A stretch of DNA of 55,479 nucleotides, the filler included, from Sphacelaria rigidula (lineage: Eukaryota): the NCBI GenBank assembly GCA_964200075.2. It is 3 parts of 3 records of this genome, joined end to end, with 100 filler letters (N's around TTAATTAATTAA, not from the genome) between each part and the next. Parts side by side here need not be neighbours in the genome. Positions count along the whole stretch, not along the records: positions 18,536 to 36,958 come from CAXNAA020000860.1; positions 37,059 to 55,479 come from CAXNAA020000861.1; 1 more part is not named here. The stretch is one strand, 5' to 3'. The notes beneath the pieces were generated by a model that saw only the letters and a list, made by a program, of their open reading frames with translations, was not told where the DNA came from and searched no databases. Each line of letters opens with the position of its first letter. Positions within the stretch are counted from its first letter, which is position 1. Below are positions 33,601 through 44,071 of the stretch, piece after piece. The translations under genes were made by a program, and so were the position numbers.

Positions 33601-36600
33601 ACTGTATCGGAGCACGTAATACATCACTCGCTGGATGACACCTCCGGTTAAGTCCAAATACTCATTATCTGCGGGTGTTATACTTTGTCACCTCCGGTAC
33701 AGGATGCAGCGAGAGACACGTTTGTTGCATGTTGTAAAACAAACCACGATAAAAGTCCAATATTCCTCTGGATGGTGCTTGGTCCTACGATCGACGATGT
33801 TTCAGCAACAATCTTGGTTTCACAGCTCGCGGTGGGCACTGGGCACGGACAGCATATCGCTGTCCCAGGACACTTCGGTACACTGCATCTTGCAGGTAGC
33901 CAGCCTCTGCACAAAAACGTTCATATTTGACCCCAAACAACCGATCGAACACGCCGATACCCACGAAGAATCAAGAAATCAAATTCAAGATGAGTATGAT
34001 GGTGAATTCCACGCCATCACACTCTCCATTGAATTTGGATGCAGCGCCAGAACTCTGTAGCCTGCATCTCGGTGCGGTCATTTTTCCATGTGAAAATAAC
34101 TGAGTACATTTGTTAGTTTGTGGGCAATAACAATGTATGCCCCCCCCCAACCTCCCGCCCCAGTTGATTTTGGCTGATATCGAGGTTTCCAGGCGACCAT
34201 GCCCGAGGAACTTGACACGAGCCCCCTTGAACATGAGTAACTCACCTATCTCGGATGTCTTTCTCGTGGAGATCGACTTCAAAGATGTTGGGCTTGGAGA
34301 ACTGGAACTGTTGGCCATTCGGGTGTGAGAATCGAGTCTCGTTGGGCTTCATTAGCCTGTTATCTCGAGTATATTTCCGGAGGGAGGGGAGTGCGAGTGA
34401 TGTAGCCCCGCGGACGAGTTGCCAGCGACAGCAAGCGTGCGACAACAAGCGTACGACAACAGTCGAGGGCGGACAAGGCAACGCGTGTTGGGCAAGGGGT
34501 CAGCTGAAATATCTCATACGACCAAAACAGAATCGCTTGGCATGGTGCTCTTGGCTGAGGCAGGCCCGAATCACGCCGGCCAACAATGTACGAGGAGGTG
34601 ACTTACAGCCAGAACCGGTTCGCCAATGCAAATCATGGTTGAACCGGTGTTGGTTCTTGTCATCACGACAAGAACATGTGTAATTGCGGGGAGCCACCGA
34701 GAGGTGCCAACTCTATTCACGAAGGTACCAAAGTAAAGCTTGGGCGTAAATATGATATATCAATAGCAGAGGTTCCGGTGTTAATGAACATGGAGCTCCT
34801 GACCTATAGTAGAGTACATAACAGGAATACTCCGCACTTGAATAGAGGGCCAGAAAATGTACCATCGACCACGGCAGGACAGACTTGCACGCCGACTTCA
34901 TTCTGCATCACCACGCTCCAACAAGCAACGCCGGTCGGTAGCCCCTCTCAACCATGCATGTACTGGGGATACGAGGCGTACCGTGAAAAAGACACACTCC
35001 CTCATGAGCACATACCCGTGATTATGTAGCCACCGCATTTCCTGCAGCAATGCAAGAGCCCAGCCTTGACCCAACATGCCGTCGATGACAACAAACCCGT
35101 CTTTCCGCAGATCGCTGCACCTGGCGCTGTTCAGATGCTCACGAAATCGCGAGAGACATCGCTCGAATGGTACAGCGTACTTTTCATCAAAATGATGCGA
35201 GGAGCCGTGAGCGCTCATTACAGGCTGTTAATTAAAGCTAGGCGATGGAACGTGCTACGCGTGGAGCACGTCGTAAACAGAATCTTCACCGGACCCCATT
35301 TTGGTTCTAGAAGGTGAACCTGGTTCGAAACCAAAAAGCGGGCCAACGATGAGACTGTACTTTGACTTCACCGTTTCGCGCCGGCCGGAGACGGCATGCT
35401 AACATGGGCCCTACTTGCTGCAGGAGCTCCATATGGTCTGACCTTGACCGCTCTCCGCTCTCGAAGTAGTGGCACTAGAATGTCGCAATTCGCAATGAGC
35501 AGATTAAACGGTAAGCACAATACCCAGGCCCTACAGTACCCCCCCCCCCCCAGCAGCAGTGTACTATGTCCTGTCGAGCGCGCGCTCGGCTCGCTCCATA
35601 ACGTTTGCGGGGAATATATTACGATCAGAATCACGAGCATGGTTCCGCAAACTGCAGAAACATTGCTTTGATTATATTCGTTTGATACCTGGTAGCCTAC
35701 TCGGTGGTGGTCGAGTTGTCGCGCCATTCTGCAGTTTCATGCACTGGCACGGCAGCTTGAAACATACCAGACTTGGAACCCGCAACACAATATCCGTGCG
35801 GTTCCTACAAGGCGGAACCGCCATATCGTGCCTCTCGTTTATGTGATATCCATCGGTACGAAAATGCACCATATATTGCGACTTCATGCCGCCTATACCA
35901 GTCCTGCGTATCGAGTACACTCTTGGTAGCAGGTACTACAACCTAGAGTAGTTTACAGCTGAAATACAGTAGGGGACTTCTGTAATTTGTTCGCAGTCGG
36001 CAGCTTTCAATAGTGTTTCTCGCGCGCCACCCCTTGTCCCAGTGAACATTTGATCCCAAAGTGTGAGGATCGGGAGATACTAGGCATTCCTTCCACATTC
36101 CGAAGCAGAATCATCACTGCACTCAATTTTGAACGACTTACGGGCGGACTGGTTTTCGGGGGTCCTGCGACCACCCAGCCCCAGACTCTGATCCTTGGGG
36201 TATTTTGCTCGATTGACGCAATCCTGATCGTCCTCTTGATCATATGTAAAGGGAAGTTTCTCCGAATTTCTACTTACTTCTTGCGCAGGAGCGCTAGAGC
36301 CGAATAACTGTGTTTTTTGGACCAGTGGCGGTCGATAACACCCCCTGATACACGAGGTACTTACTCTGTATCACCCGGACAACACCAATCGAAGATTGTG
36401 TCCTGAGCCCGACCTGCTTCTTTTCCTAATATCTATCAGCGCTAGGGTTTTCGAGTGCTCAGGAAGAATACTACCGAGGAAACTAAGAAAAGTACCAAAC
36501 TATGAAAATTGCCCAACCGAGCTCTGCATAGCACGGGGGGGAGGGGGGGGGTGTACTCATGATCATGCATGCCATAGCCATAAGACGGGGTGAACCAACC

Positions 36601-39199
36601 TCTGGTAAGAAGAGCCATTTCAATGATTTGGACGTAGTTTCGAAAACCGAACTGATTCGTTTTCATACAGTAGCAGTTCCGAATTTGGGTACATAGTAAC
36701 ATGTTCTTACCGTGTGTGACGTCTTGGCATACCCTGTGCAGACGGAAGCCAGTAGAGGAGAGCAACGAAAGCTCCAGATTGCAGCTGACGCACCCCTCTG
36801 CACCACGCTAGCAACAGTTATGTCACCACCATAGGTATCTTTTTTCACTCTGCATGTCAAGAAGGTCCCCACAAGTTTTTGATCTCCCTCACCCCCCCCA
36901 CCCCCAGTTAGCCTGGTCCGGCGAGAACCCGGCGTGCTCCGTCCCGGCTTTGTAGGGGNNNNNNNNNNNNNNNNNNNNNNNNNNNNNNNNNNNNNNNNNN
37001 NNTTAATTAATTAANNNNNNNNNNNNNNNNNNNNNNNNNNNNNNNNNNNNNNNNNNNNCCGGCGAAAACCCGGCGTGCTCCGTCCCGGCTTTGTAGGGAT
37101 GCGAGGTCGATGGTCTGATGACTATGGCATGCATCATGAGTACACCCCCACATCACCGCCCTCCCCACTGAAAACCCCTGGGTGTCCCTGGACCATCAGC
37201 CGGCAAAACTGTTCAAAGGCGAGGCTCACGGCCTAGGGATTGTTGGTGCGATTATTTTTCGAAAGTGTTTATCCGCTTCTCCTTTTTTCACCTGAAAATG
37301 AATAAACGATCTGTCTACACGTAAAGGCCTCACGAGTCATCGCTGGTTCGAATCACCAAATCTACGATTGATGAGGGCTGGTTGCTCGAATTAGAAAAAA
37401 AGTTGAACACGGATCCGAAGAAATCTCCGTGCATGCAAAGTTTGCGCTATTCCAAGCGCCTCGGGTGAACAGCTGAAACACGCCCCAACGACTGATTCGT
37501 ACGGTACGAGTCAATGACACCCAAGTCAAATAAATTTCAGACCAATCGTTATTCGTCCGAAACTGACACAGTTTCATGCTACAATGGACGATCTACGGCT
37601 CACGGTCTATGCTCCATCCCCCATTACACGGTGCCTCGCCAGCAGCGTAAGCGTTTGATAACGTCATAATCACCTGCCAAAACAGCAAAACCATCTCGTA
37701 ATCGTATGGCGTGTGCCGTATCGAGGCTGCGTGTGCTCCAGACTGCATGAAACAAGCAGCTGTGCTGATTTAAGGGGGTACCCACGTTCTGAATCTTCAG
37801 ATGGCAACGAACATGGCGACGGGAAAAAAGTGGCCCACAATTCCAGTCAAAATGAAAAGGTACAAAAGAGAAAGAAAAACAAGGGGCCTTAGACCAACTT
37901 TCATGGCAACGAATCTCGATTTTCTGGGACCCCGGTTTTGCTCAAATTCGCGAACTCAAAATCGGGGGGATCGTTTTATGGTACAGACAGACAGTATCAC
38001 AGATTTGTGAGACAGTTCTGTACACAGACGGTCATTTTCTGCACGAGTGTGCTACGGCGTACTCGTGCGTCAAGCCGAAGAGCAGGCAGGCGGTGACTAA
38101 TCCTTCGAGTTCAGTGTTCTACCTTGGTACCTTAGGGTGATATTGTGCAGGACACTTCATCAGTACAGTACATTATAATGACGTGTGGTAGTGCATGATG
38201 GCACAGTCGGTATCGCGAGAACATCGAACGAACAGTGCGCGAGCAGAGTTCAGTAGTGCAGTACCGTACATCACCCCTCAAGTGCGGCGACAACGGACCA
38301 GGAGAGTACAGTAGAGTTCGTCAAGTAACACAGATGGCAGCGCAGCGCAGCATAAAATATCACCATCGCCGCAGGCCACGGCGTCAGCACATATTATCCG
38401 CTCATCAAACAATATCAGCAGCTGGCGCGGGCAGGCACGCTGTGCGCTGTCACGAGACTGTTTGTCCATCAAGGAAAGTGTACTATAATACGAGTTGCAC
38501 GTGTTGCTGAGTGACACCAAAGGTATACGCTACTACTGTGACTTGACTGTATAATTTCAACCGGCATAAAAAATGTTCTGACAGATTTTCCATGGCGTGA
38601 AACAATTGTAGATAATTCAAGGATAATCACCTAGTGCACGCGTAGGCAGTGCCCGCGTTCGGACAGCTGTGTCGAAGGGCAGTCTCTAATGGCATACTGC
38701 ACAACAACACAGGTAGAAGGGACAGATCAGAATTTCGTCAAGATGGTGTCGCTAGTCAATAAGTCATGGTTCTGTAATCTTTATCGATGCTGCTATATTC
38801 TTTTACAACGATGTCTGAGTCTTACGATAACCGCGGCTACGTTTCCAGATCTTTTCACAGAGTGATGTATCGTGCAGCATGCTGTCGAGTCGATTATTAC
38901 GAGAGGATGCTGTTCCCACGAATAATGGTAAAGGCTTGAACACTACTTACGTCGACGTACTTCTACCCCCCGCCGTGCAACCGTACTATGCAGAACTTGT
39001 ACACAAGCCTGGCACAAGCCGGGAAAAGCCGTTCATGCACGCACTACAGAGTACAGTACCCACTATCGTCATTATCCATCTGATCATGTGGGTACCCACC
39101 TCTCGAAGAGCGGGTACCCCCTGTTCCCTTCCCCGTCGCCAAGAACGAGGTTTTCGGGAATCCGAGGCCCTGCGTAACGTATTCCAGTCTGTAACGCCC
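30556..39199 (-). CDS. EGLN/PHD-like prolyl 4-hydroxylase family 2OG-Fe(II) dioxygenase, spliced gene (5' end unresolved)
   Basis: Phase-consistent exons 39199-39100, 36733-36711, 35474-35443, 35179-35016, 34356-34246, 32681-32554, 32205-32033, 31699-31554, 31049-30902, 30639-30556 (TGA). Motifs: L..DGFVVIDG.LG, FPLHYDNP...RALTCLLYLNPDW..GDGGEL, IAPLLDRMVIFRSDRVLHRVLP...RYMLTVW, giving HxD...H plus the 2OG-binding Arg. The last seven exons are firm; the first three rest on splice sites and phase only. Confidence 0.9.
30902..31049 (-). CDS. 2OG-Fe(II) dioxygenase C-terminal exon LGFCEFMRRSPVQRVLSRGVYEEQYETSLRECM...AHRAL
   Basis: tcaag| acceptor, CTG|gtgagt donor, phase 2-0. Confidence 0.85.
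31554..31699 (-). CDS. 2OG-Fe(II) dioxygenase exon with distal His and 2OG-binding Arg
   Basis: VIFRSDRVLHRVLPCNAERYMLTVWID...; ttcag| acceptor, TG|gtgagg donor. Confidence 0.92.
32033..32205 (-). CDS. 2OG-Fe(II) dioxygenase catalytic exon (HYD motif)
   Basis: GSGGCFPLHYDNPGPPNKRALTCLLYLNPDWKDGDGGELCLTPF...IAPLLDRM; ctcag| acceptor, ATG|gtgaga donor. Confidence 0.93.
32554..32681 (-). CDS. 2OG-Fe(II) dioxygenase exon VPEMNALFHEEELVDALAEAF...KLQRNA
   Basis: acaag| acceptor, G|gtgtgt donor, phase 2-1. Confidence 0.85.
34246..34356 (-). CDS. 2OG-Fe(II) dioxygenase exon LMKPNETRFSHPNGQQFQFSKPNIFEVDLHEKDIRD
   Basis: aacag| acceptor, AG|gtgagt donor, phase 2-2. Confidence 0.85.
35016..35179 (-). 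CDS. 2OG-Fe(II) dioxygenase exon YAVPFERC...LRKDGFVVIDGMLGQGWALALLQEMRWLHNH
   Basis: gaaaag| acceptor, GG|gtatgt donor; GFVVIDG motif of EGLN/SM-20-like proteins. Confidence 0.85.
35965..36450. mobile_element. F4-related repeat copy (inverted) in an intron of the 2OG dioxygenase gene
   Basis: Reverse complement of 17600-18110; begins ta|cagtagggg. Confidence 0.6.
36959..37058. other. Artificial scaffold gap: 44 N + TTAATTAATTAA + 44 N
   Basis: Identical 100-nt construct to the first gap. Confidence 0.97.
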
Positions 39200-40193
39200 C
39201 TTGACGGAAAACGTGCAGAGGTAGATTCAGAAAAAGACTGCGCTTTCCACATTTAAGAACGGTCCTGACTGAATTTTCAACCGTACTACTAGTCGTACTC
39301 CAAACTGCAAACAAAACAGCGGAGCGCCAGTGTTGCGCCGGAGAATCTGACTGTTTGTTTTTCTAGTATTTTAATCCTTGTGGGACCGGGCCTCCAGAAC
39401 GACCAATGAGGCTGGTTAGGAATGACGTGTCTGCCGTCTGCACGAAACAGTGGCGTGTTGCTGAAAACCTGCGTATGTAATCATAGGGTTATGATGAAGA
39501 CCGAACGTTTTCTCCAGTCCATTTTCAGGTGCAGGGTGCGCATTAGGTAATGCACATCTGATGTAGCAAGCAGTATGGATCGCCGTAGAGAGCTTTCAAC
39601 AGGATGCGGCGACCGGCGGGCCGCCCGCCACTTGTGGCTTTTGATGATATTATTGTCCTCATCACCTTGCTACACAGCCCTTCGCGGTCGGAGTGGGCCG
39701 CCGTTGCCCTCTTTGTTGCATGCGGCAAATTCTCTTGGAAGGGTATGGGCGTTGCGGCGCACTTACATACAGTACAGTGCAGTGTAGTATGCCTCTCCGA
39801 CTGCAGCAGCAGCTGCCGCTGCATACTCCCTTGCACGTTCTGGGCAGTTCTCAACGACTGAGATCAACTGCCTATATACCGGTTCTTCATCCCCGCCCAC
39901 TACATACATGCTCACGGTGTTCTGCAAGTCATCGGCAGAGGGATAAACATAATTCATGACGGTAGCTCCTTTTGTCTTTCTACGGCCCACCTGGGTTTAG
40001 TGTCTCGCGAAAATGACAACATTGTAGCATGTACACTCCTTCCCGATTTTCCCCGCTCCATCCTGTGTTAGTGTAATTACTACGTTTGAGTATAGGCTAG
40101 CGACCCAAAACCCCCCCAGAAAATCTCGGGAATGCTATACTGAATGCAAGTAACACCATAAAACCAAGCTGCGACCAGCCTGCATTTGGAAAC

Positions 40194-40326
40194 CTGGGAA
40201 GGATCCTCTGTGCCAGGGATAGGGCCCCCACACGATCTTTGCAGTGGCATCACACTCGACAACAATTCCCGCGCTGGTCGTTCGGGTCTGGTCGATAAAG
40301 TCGTCTCGCCGTGATTGAGCAGGTCG
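40194..40326 (-). CDS. Possible further upstream exon of the 2OG dioxygenase gene (RPAQSRRDDFIDQTR...KIVWGPYPWHRGSFP)
   Basis: Open frame ending in phase 1 (CAG|gtttcc) that joins exon 39199 in frame; splice sites are weak. Confidence 0.35.
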
Positions 40327-41300
40327 CTACCTGACTCATTTGTATTGTTTCACGAACACAGGGTCAACCCTGTTTGTGGGGACTCGGTCCCAAAAAAGTA
40401 AAACGCATCTGCCGAAATCTGTGGATGATGGCAAGTATCCCGGTTTTGTAAGGACGGTCCGTATATGCTGTGCATGCAGCAGCGGCCCAGACAGCGTCGC
40501 CCAGGCGGAGGGAGCATGCGCGTGGAGGATCAAGGTACGTTAATATATAAATAGGCAATTCCTCTCGCCGATTGCAATGACACCAGTGCTTTGTGTAAGG
40601 AGTTATGGCAGAATCCATGCCGCCTAGAGTGAACACCACCCCTCCCTGTGAAACCTGACCTCCGGTGTTATGGGAGAGCACTGCGCTCGCGTAAAACCAC
40701 CGGTAGAGACACAGAGGACGGTTTGACTATCTACACAAAGCAGCAGTTCCATTGAAACATGATTTACTGAAATCCATCCATATCGCAGATGAAATGAGTT
40801 GACTAAAGTTTGAAACGTTTGCATTTTACTCTGCACCAGCACGCGGGTGCTGCAGAGAGCCTCCTTTCCGCTGTACAAGTTGTTCATCCCAGTACAGAAC
40901 AGCCCCGCGCAGTACAATACCATGCACCTCAGCATAGCACAGAACAACACAACTCCATGCAGCTAAGTGCAGTGCAGCACAGAGTATTGAACAGTTTGTG
41001 TAGTGTCATGCTCGGGTATGAACTGCGTCAGCTGCAAGAAGATACGCTGTGTACAGTACTACTATAGTTGCGTACATGGTGGTCGTGACAATGCCATCAA
41101 ATTTCACGACGTGCGACATCCGGCCGTGGGTAATGCGTAATTCGGGGGGTTGTGTGCTCAATGGAGGGAGGTACCACACGCACCTGGTGCCCTTTGAGGC
41201 GCAACGATGGCATGTTGGGAACCTGCACCTGGGTTCCAACGACGAACGGAGAGCGAGATCAACGGAGTGTACAGAGCGCGACAGATGTTACGCAATCCTT

Positions 41301-41434
41301 GTTTAGAGCGAGGCTCGGCATCCTATTTTCTCTCCGAATCCAGCAGAAATGCTTAAACCCAGATTCTTCTTGTTCGAAGAGGTGCAAAACGCCAAATGCT
41401 TTTTTAATTTAGAAATTCTTTTTTTGCACAGGCA
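41301..41434. repeat. Dispersed repeat, second copy at 55025-55154
   Basis: gagcgaggctcggc.tc.tat...ctctccga...gcagaaatgc...tgttcgaag...ttttgcacaggcat at both sites. Confidence 0.7.
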
Positions 41435-42637
41435 TAGGAGTAGGGGGCATCCAAGGTACCCCCCTACTCATATTCTCTGCCAAAAGGGAATACAGGTACA
41501 GTGCTGTACCTCGCGCCAGCAGTAAGCAGTACAGAAACCAGTGTTGTTTCGAAAGACAGCATCGGAACAAAATACAGTACAGTCCTGTACGAGTTTTGTA
41601 CAGATTGTTATTGTCGATGAGGTGTCACAGTAGAGATCAATGTTTGCCAGTTCAAGAGAGGAGGCAGCTTCGTTGGGGGCCTGATGTAGCCATGGTAGTT
41701 ATGCACGCAGTTTGTTATTACTCTGAGGTGTAGTTCCTTCTTGTAGATTGTCACCTGCCGACGCCCTTGCACTTTCCGATTTCTACTTTTTTTTTCCCCC
41801 TTGAGTTCACCACGAATGCTTTCCCGTAAAATTCTTAAATTTACAACAAAAACGAGCCTGAGATTATTGACTACGAAGTTTGAAACATCTGTCGTGCTCT
41901 GTAATTGTACATAAATTTCGAGTTGTGAAGTTCGACATTACAACAATGCGATACGATGATCGGATGCGGCGACCATGACTTATGATGATATAGCGAGAAA
42001 AACTATGTTGTCGTTGGACCTCACAGCACGAGAACCGCAGGATTGGAGGCACTTGGGATAAAAGCATCGACGTGCAATCCTACCCCATCCACTCCCCGGT
42101 ACATTGGTTGACCGTAGATGTGGAAGATCGTCGAGGCTCACAGCTGGGATGCAACGTCTGGAGCACGCATCAGGCGCCGGCCGGGGCAGTCCGGACGTGA
42201 GATACGGCACTGCAATCAATCTCGAGGTAAGAGCACCACAACGCCTTTGATGCGGTAATACCGCGGAAATCATAGGTGCTGAAGATCACGGGTACCTGCC
42301 TACATTTCCCTCGTTCCCGCTGATGATTGTGGGTTTTGAACGGAATTTAGGATGCAGGCATTCCGGAATGACATCCTGTCCCATGAACCCGCGACTCCTA
42401 CGATCGCAATATCAAAAATACCACACGGCTAAGACGTTGTGCACATCTATCGTTGTTACGTATCCTTCGGGCAGGTTGTGAAGTGCCTGCACTATTCACA
42501 GCGCCATCCCGTCCGACACATGTCTCATCTGCGGTTGACAGCAGATCTCGACCGACACACTCCGAACGTACAACACCGGTAGGAAATCTGAGGGAGGTCG
42601 CTGGGGGTCACGCCGGTGTAGTGGGTGCAGTGCGAGC

Positions 42638-44071
42638 GTGCCTGAGCCCCCATCACACGCAAAAGAGACGGCGACTGTACTGCTCTGTGCCTCGGAGGAG
42701 TCAATAGCGTCCGCCGATGGCGCATCTGTGAAAAACCAGGGGTTGGCGGAGGGGTGCAACAACTGTCAGAGTGCAGAGCGTAACAACCTTCGATATCGAT
42801 CGGGCGGAGAAGGCGCGACTTGGGAAATTTCGACTCCTGCGGCGTCGAAAGACAACATGCAACAGGTATTGTGGAATTCGCCGGCAGCACCCTTCAAGGA
42901 AGTGGGTAATATTCCCCAACACAGTCGAAGAGCTGCCGGCGGTAGGCTCATTGAGGTGCGAAATTCCATTCCGTCTCCCAAGGCGGAGAAAAGACGTACC
43001 CTGCTCAAGTCCGGCAGAGGCACACCCCCGCATGCTCACGAATGTACATCGAGACGAAAGACGACGGCGACAAACCACCTGGAGGTTGATAGTGCACGGG
43101 GAGCATGGGATGAATAGCAGAAGGCTGTATTGCAGCACAGAAATGGGGCGAAGGAAGATCAATTGGTGGCACAACACTTTCCCGGGGAAATACCGAAATC
43201 CGCATCCCCCCACAACGCACAACGAGGTCCGGTTCCCGAGTCACCAGGAGGGTATTCCACTTCATCGGGACGAAGTAACATGCGACCAGGCTCACCGCAC
43301 TCGTCGACACCAACACCTTCGGACGTATCAACGTCAAGATCGAAGCGGGAGAAAAAAAAGGCTACCATTGCTGCCACCCCAAAGGTCGGCCCAGGGACGA
43401 TTGAAGGTGTCGAGACCTCATCTGCGGCGGGTTCGGGACAAGAGAAAGTAGCGCCGGCACCAATGAACGGGGCTGCCACCGAAGTGATGAGAAATCCCGA
43501 GCGCCGGTCACCACAATCCGATGCTGATCGTGGTGAGCATCGCGCGCGCGGTGCAAGAGGGAGGGTGCTTGAGGAAACATTTCGCTTCATGTATCATCTC
43601 ATCCGGAGTAACCCAAGCCACAGTCACTGGCTCAGAATATACGTGGGTGACTGGCACTCTCTCCACCATATGGCGAAGGCAATCACGGCACAGTATTGGG
43701 GGGGGCGGGGAAAGAGTACATCGCAGAGGCACTTGGCTTTGACAGATCAAAAGCATCGGAGGCGAACAACTATCGGGTGGCACACCATACCATCAGCGTG
43801 TTCTTGGAAGCAATGTGGGGTGAAAGTGTCGCCATGCACTACTTCGAGCATAGTGCCGACATGGAGATCATGGACATCGGGGCCGCGGCGGGCGAAGTCG
43901 CCACAGCACCGGGCGCTGCCACAGCACCAGCATCGGACATCACGAAAACATCAGGTGCGAGCACCGAGCGCTCCCACGATACCACCCGGGCCGCCGGACG
44001 CCGCCAGTAAAGTGCAACCTGAGGGAGCTGCGGCGGTATCGCATCTGCCGGAGGACGGATCTGACCTATAG
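42638..44071 (+). pseudogene. Broken long ORF, probably transposon-derived, including a DUF6589-like segment (43570-43860)
   Basis: Consecutive GC-rich ORFs interrupted by a stop and a frameshift in a G8 run (43698-43705). Joined peptide WLRIYVGDWHSLHHMAKAITAQYW/GGAGKEYIAEALGF...NNYRVAHHTISVFLEAMW resembles, from memory, the W-L-x-P-x-P-G-D-W-H family. Confidence 0.5.

Noticed and set aside
35689-35757. Alternative upstream exon MARQLDHHRVGYQ for the dioxygenase
   Set aside because: Acceptor lacks an AG-free tract; the 36733 to 35474 to 35179 chain is phase-consistent without it. Not excluded as a minor isoform.
40478-40534. Plus-strand exon-like segment ending CAAG|gtacgt
   Set aside because: Isolated; no partner exons or recognisable product.
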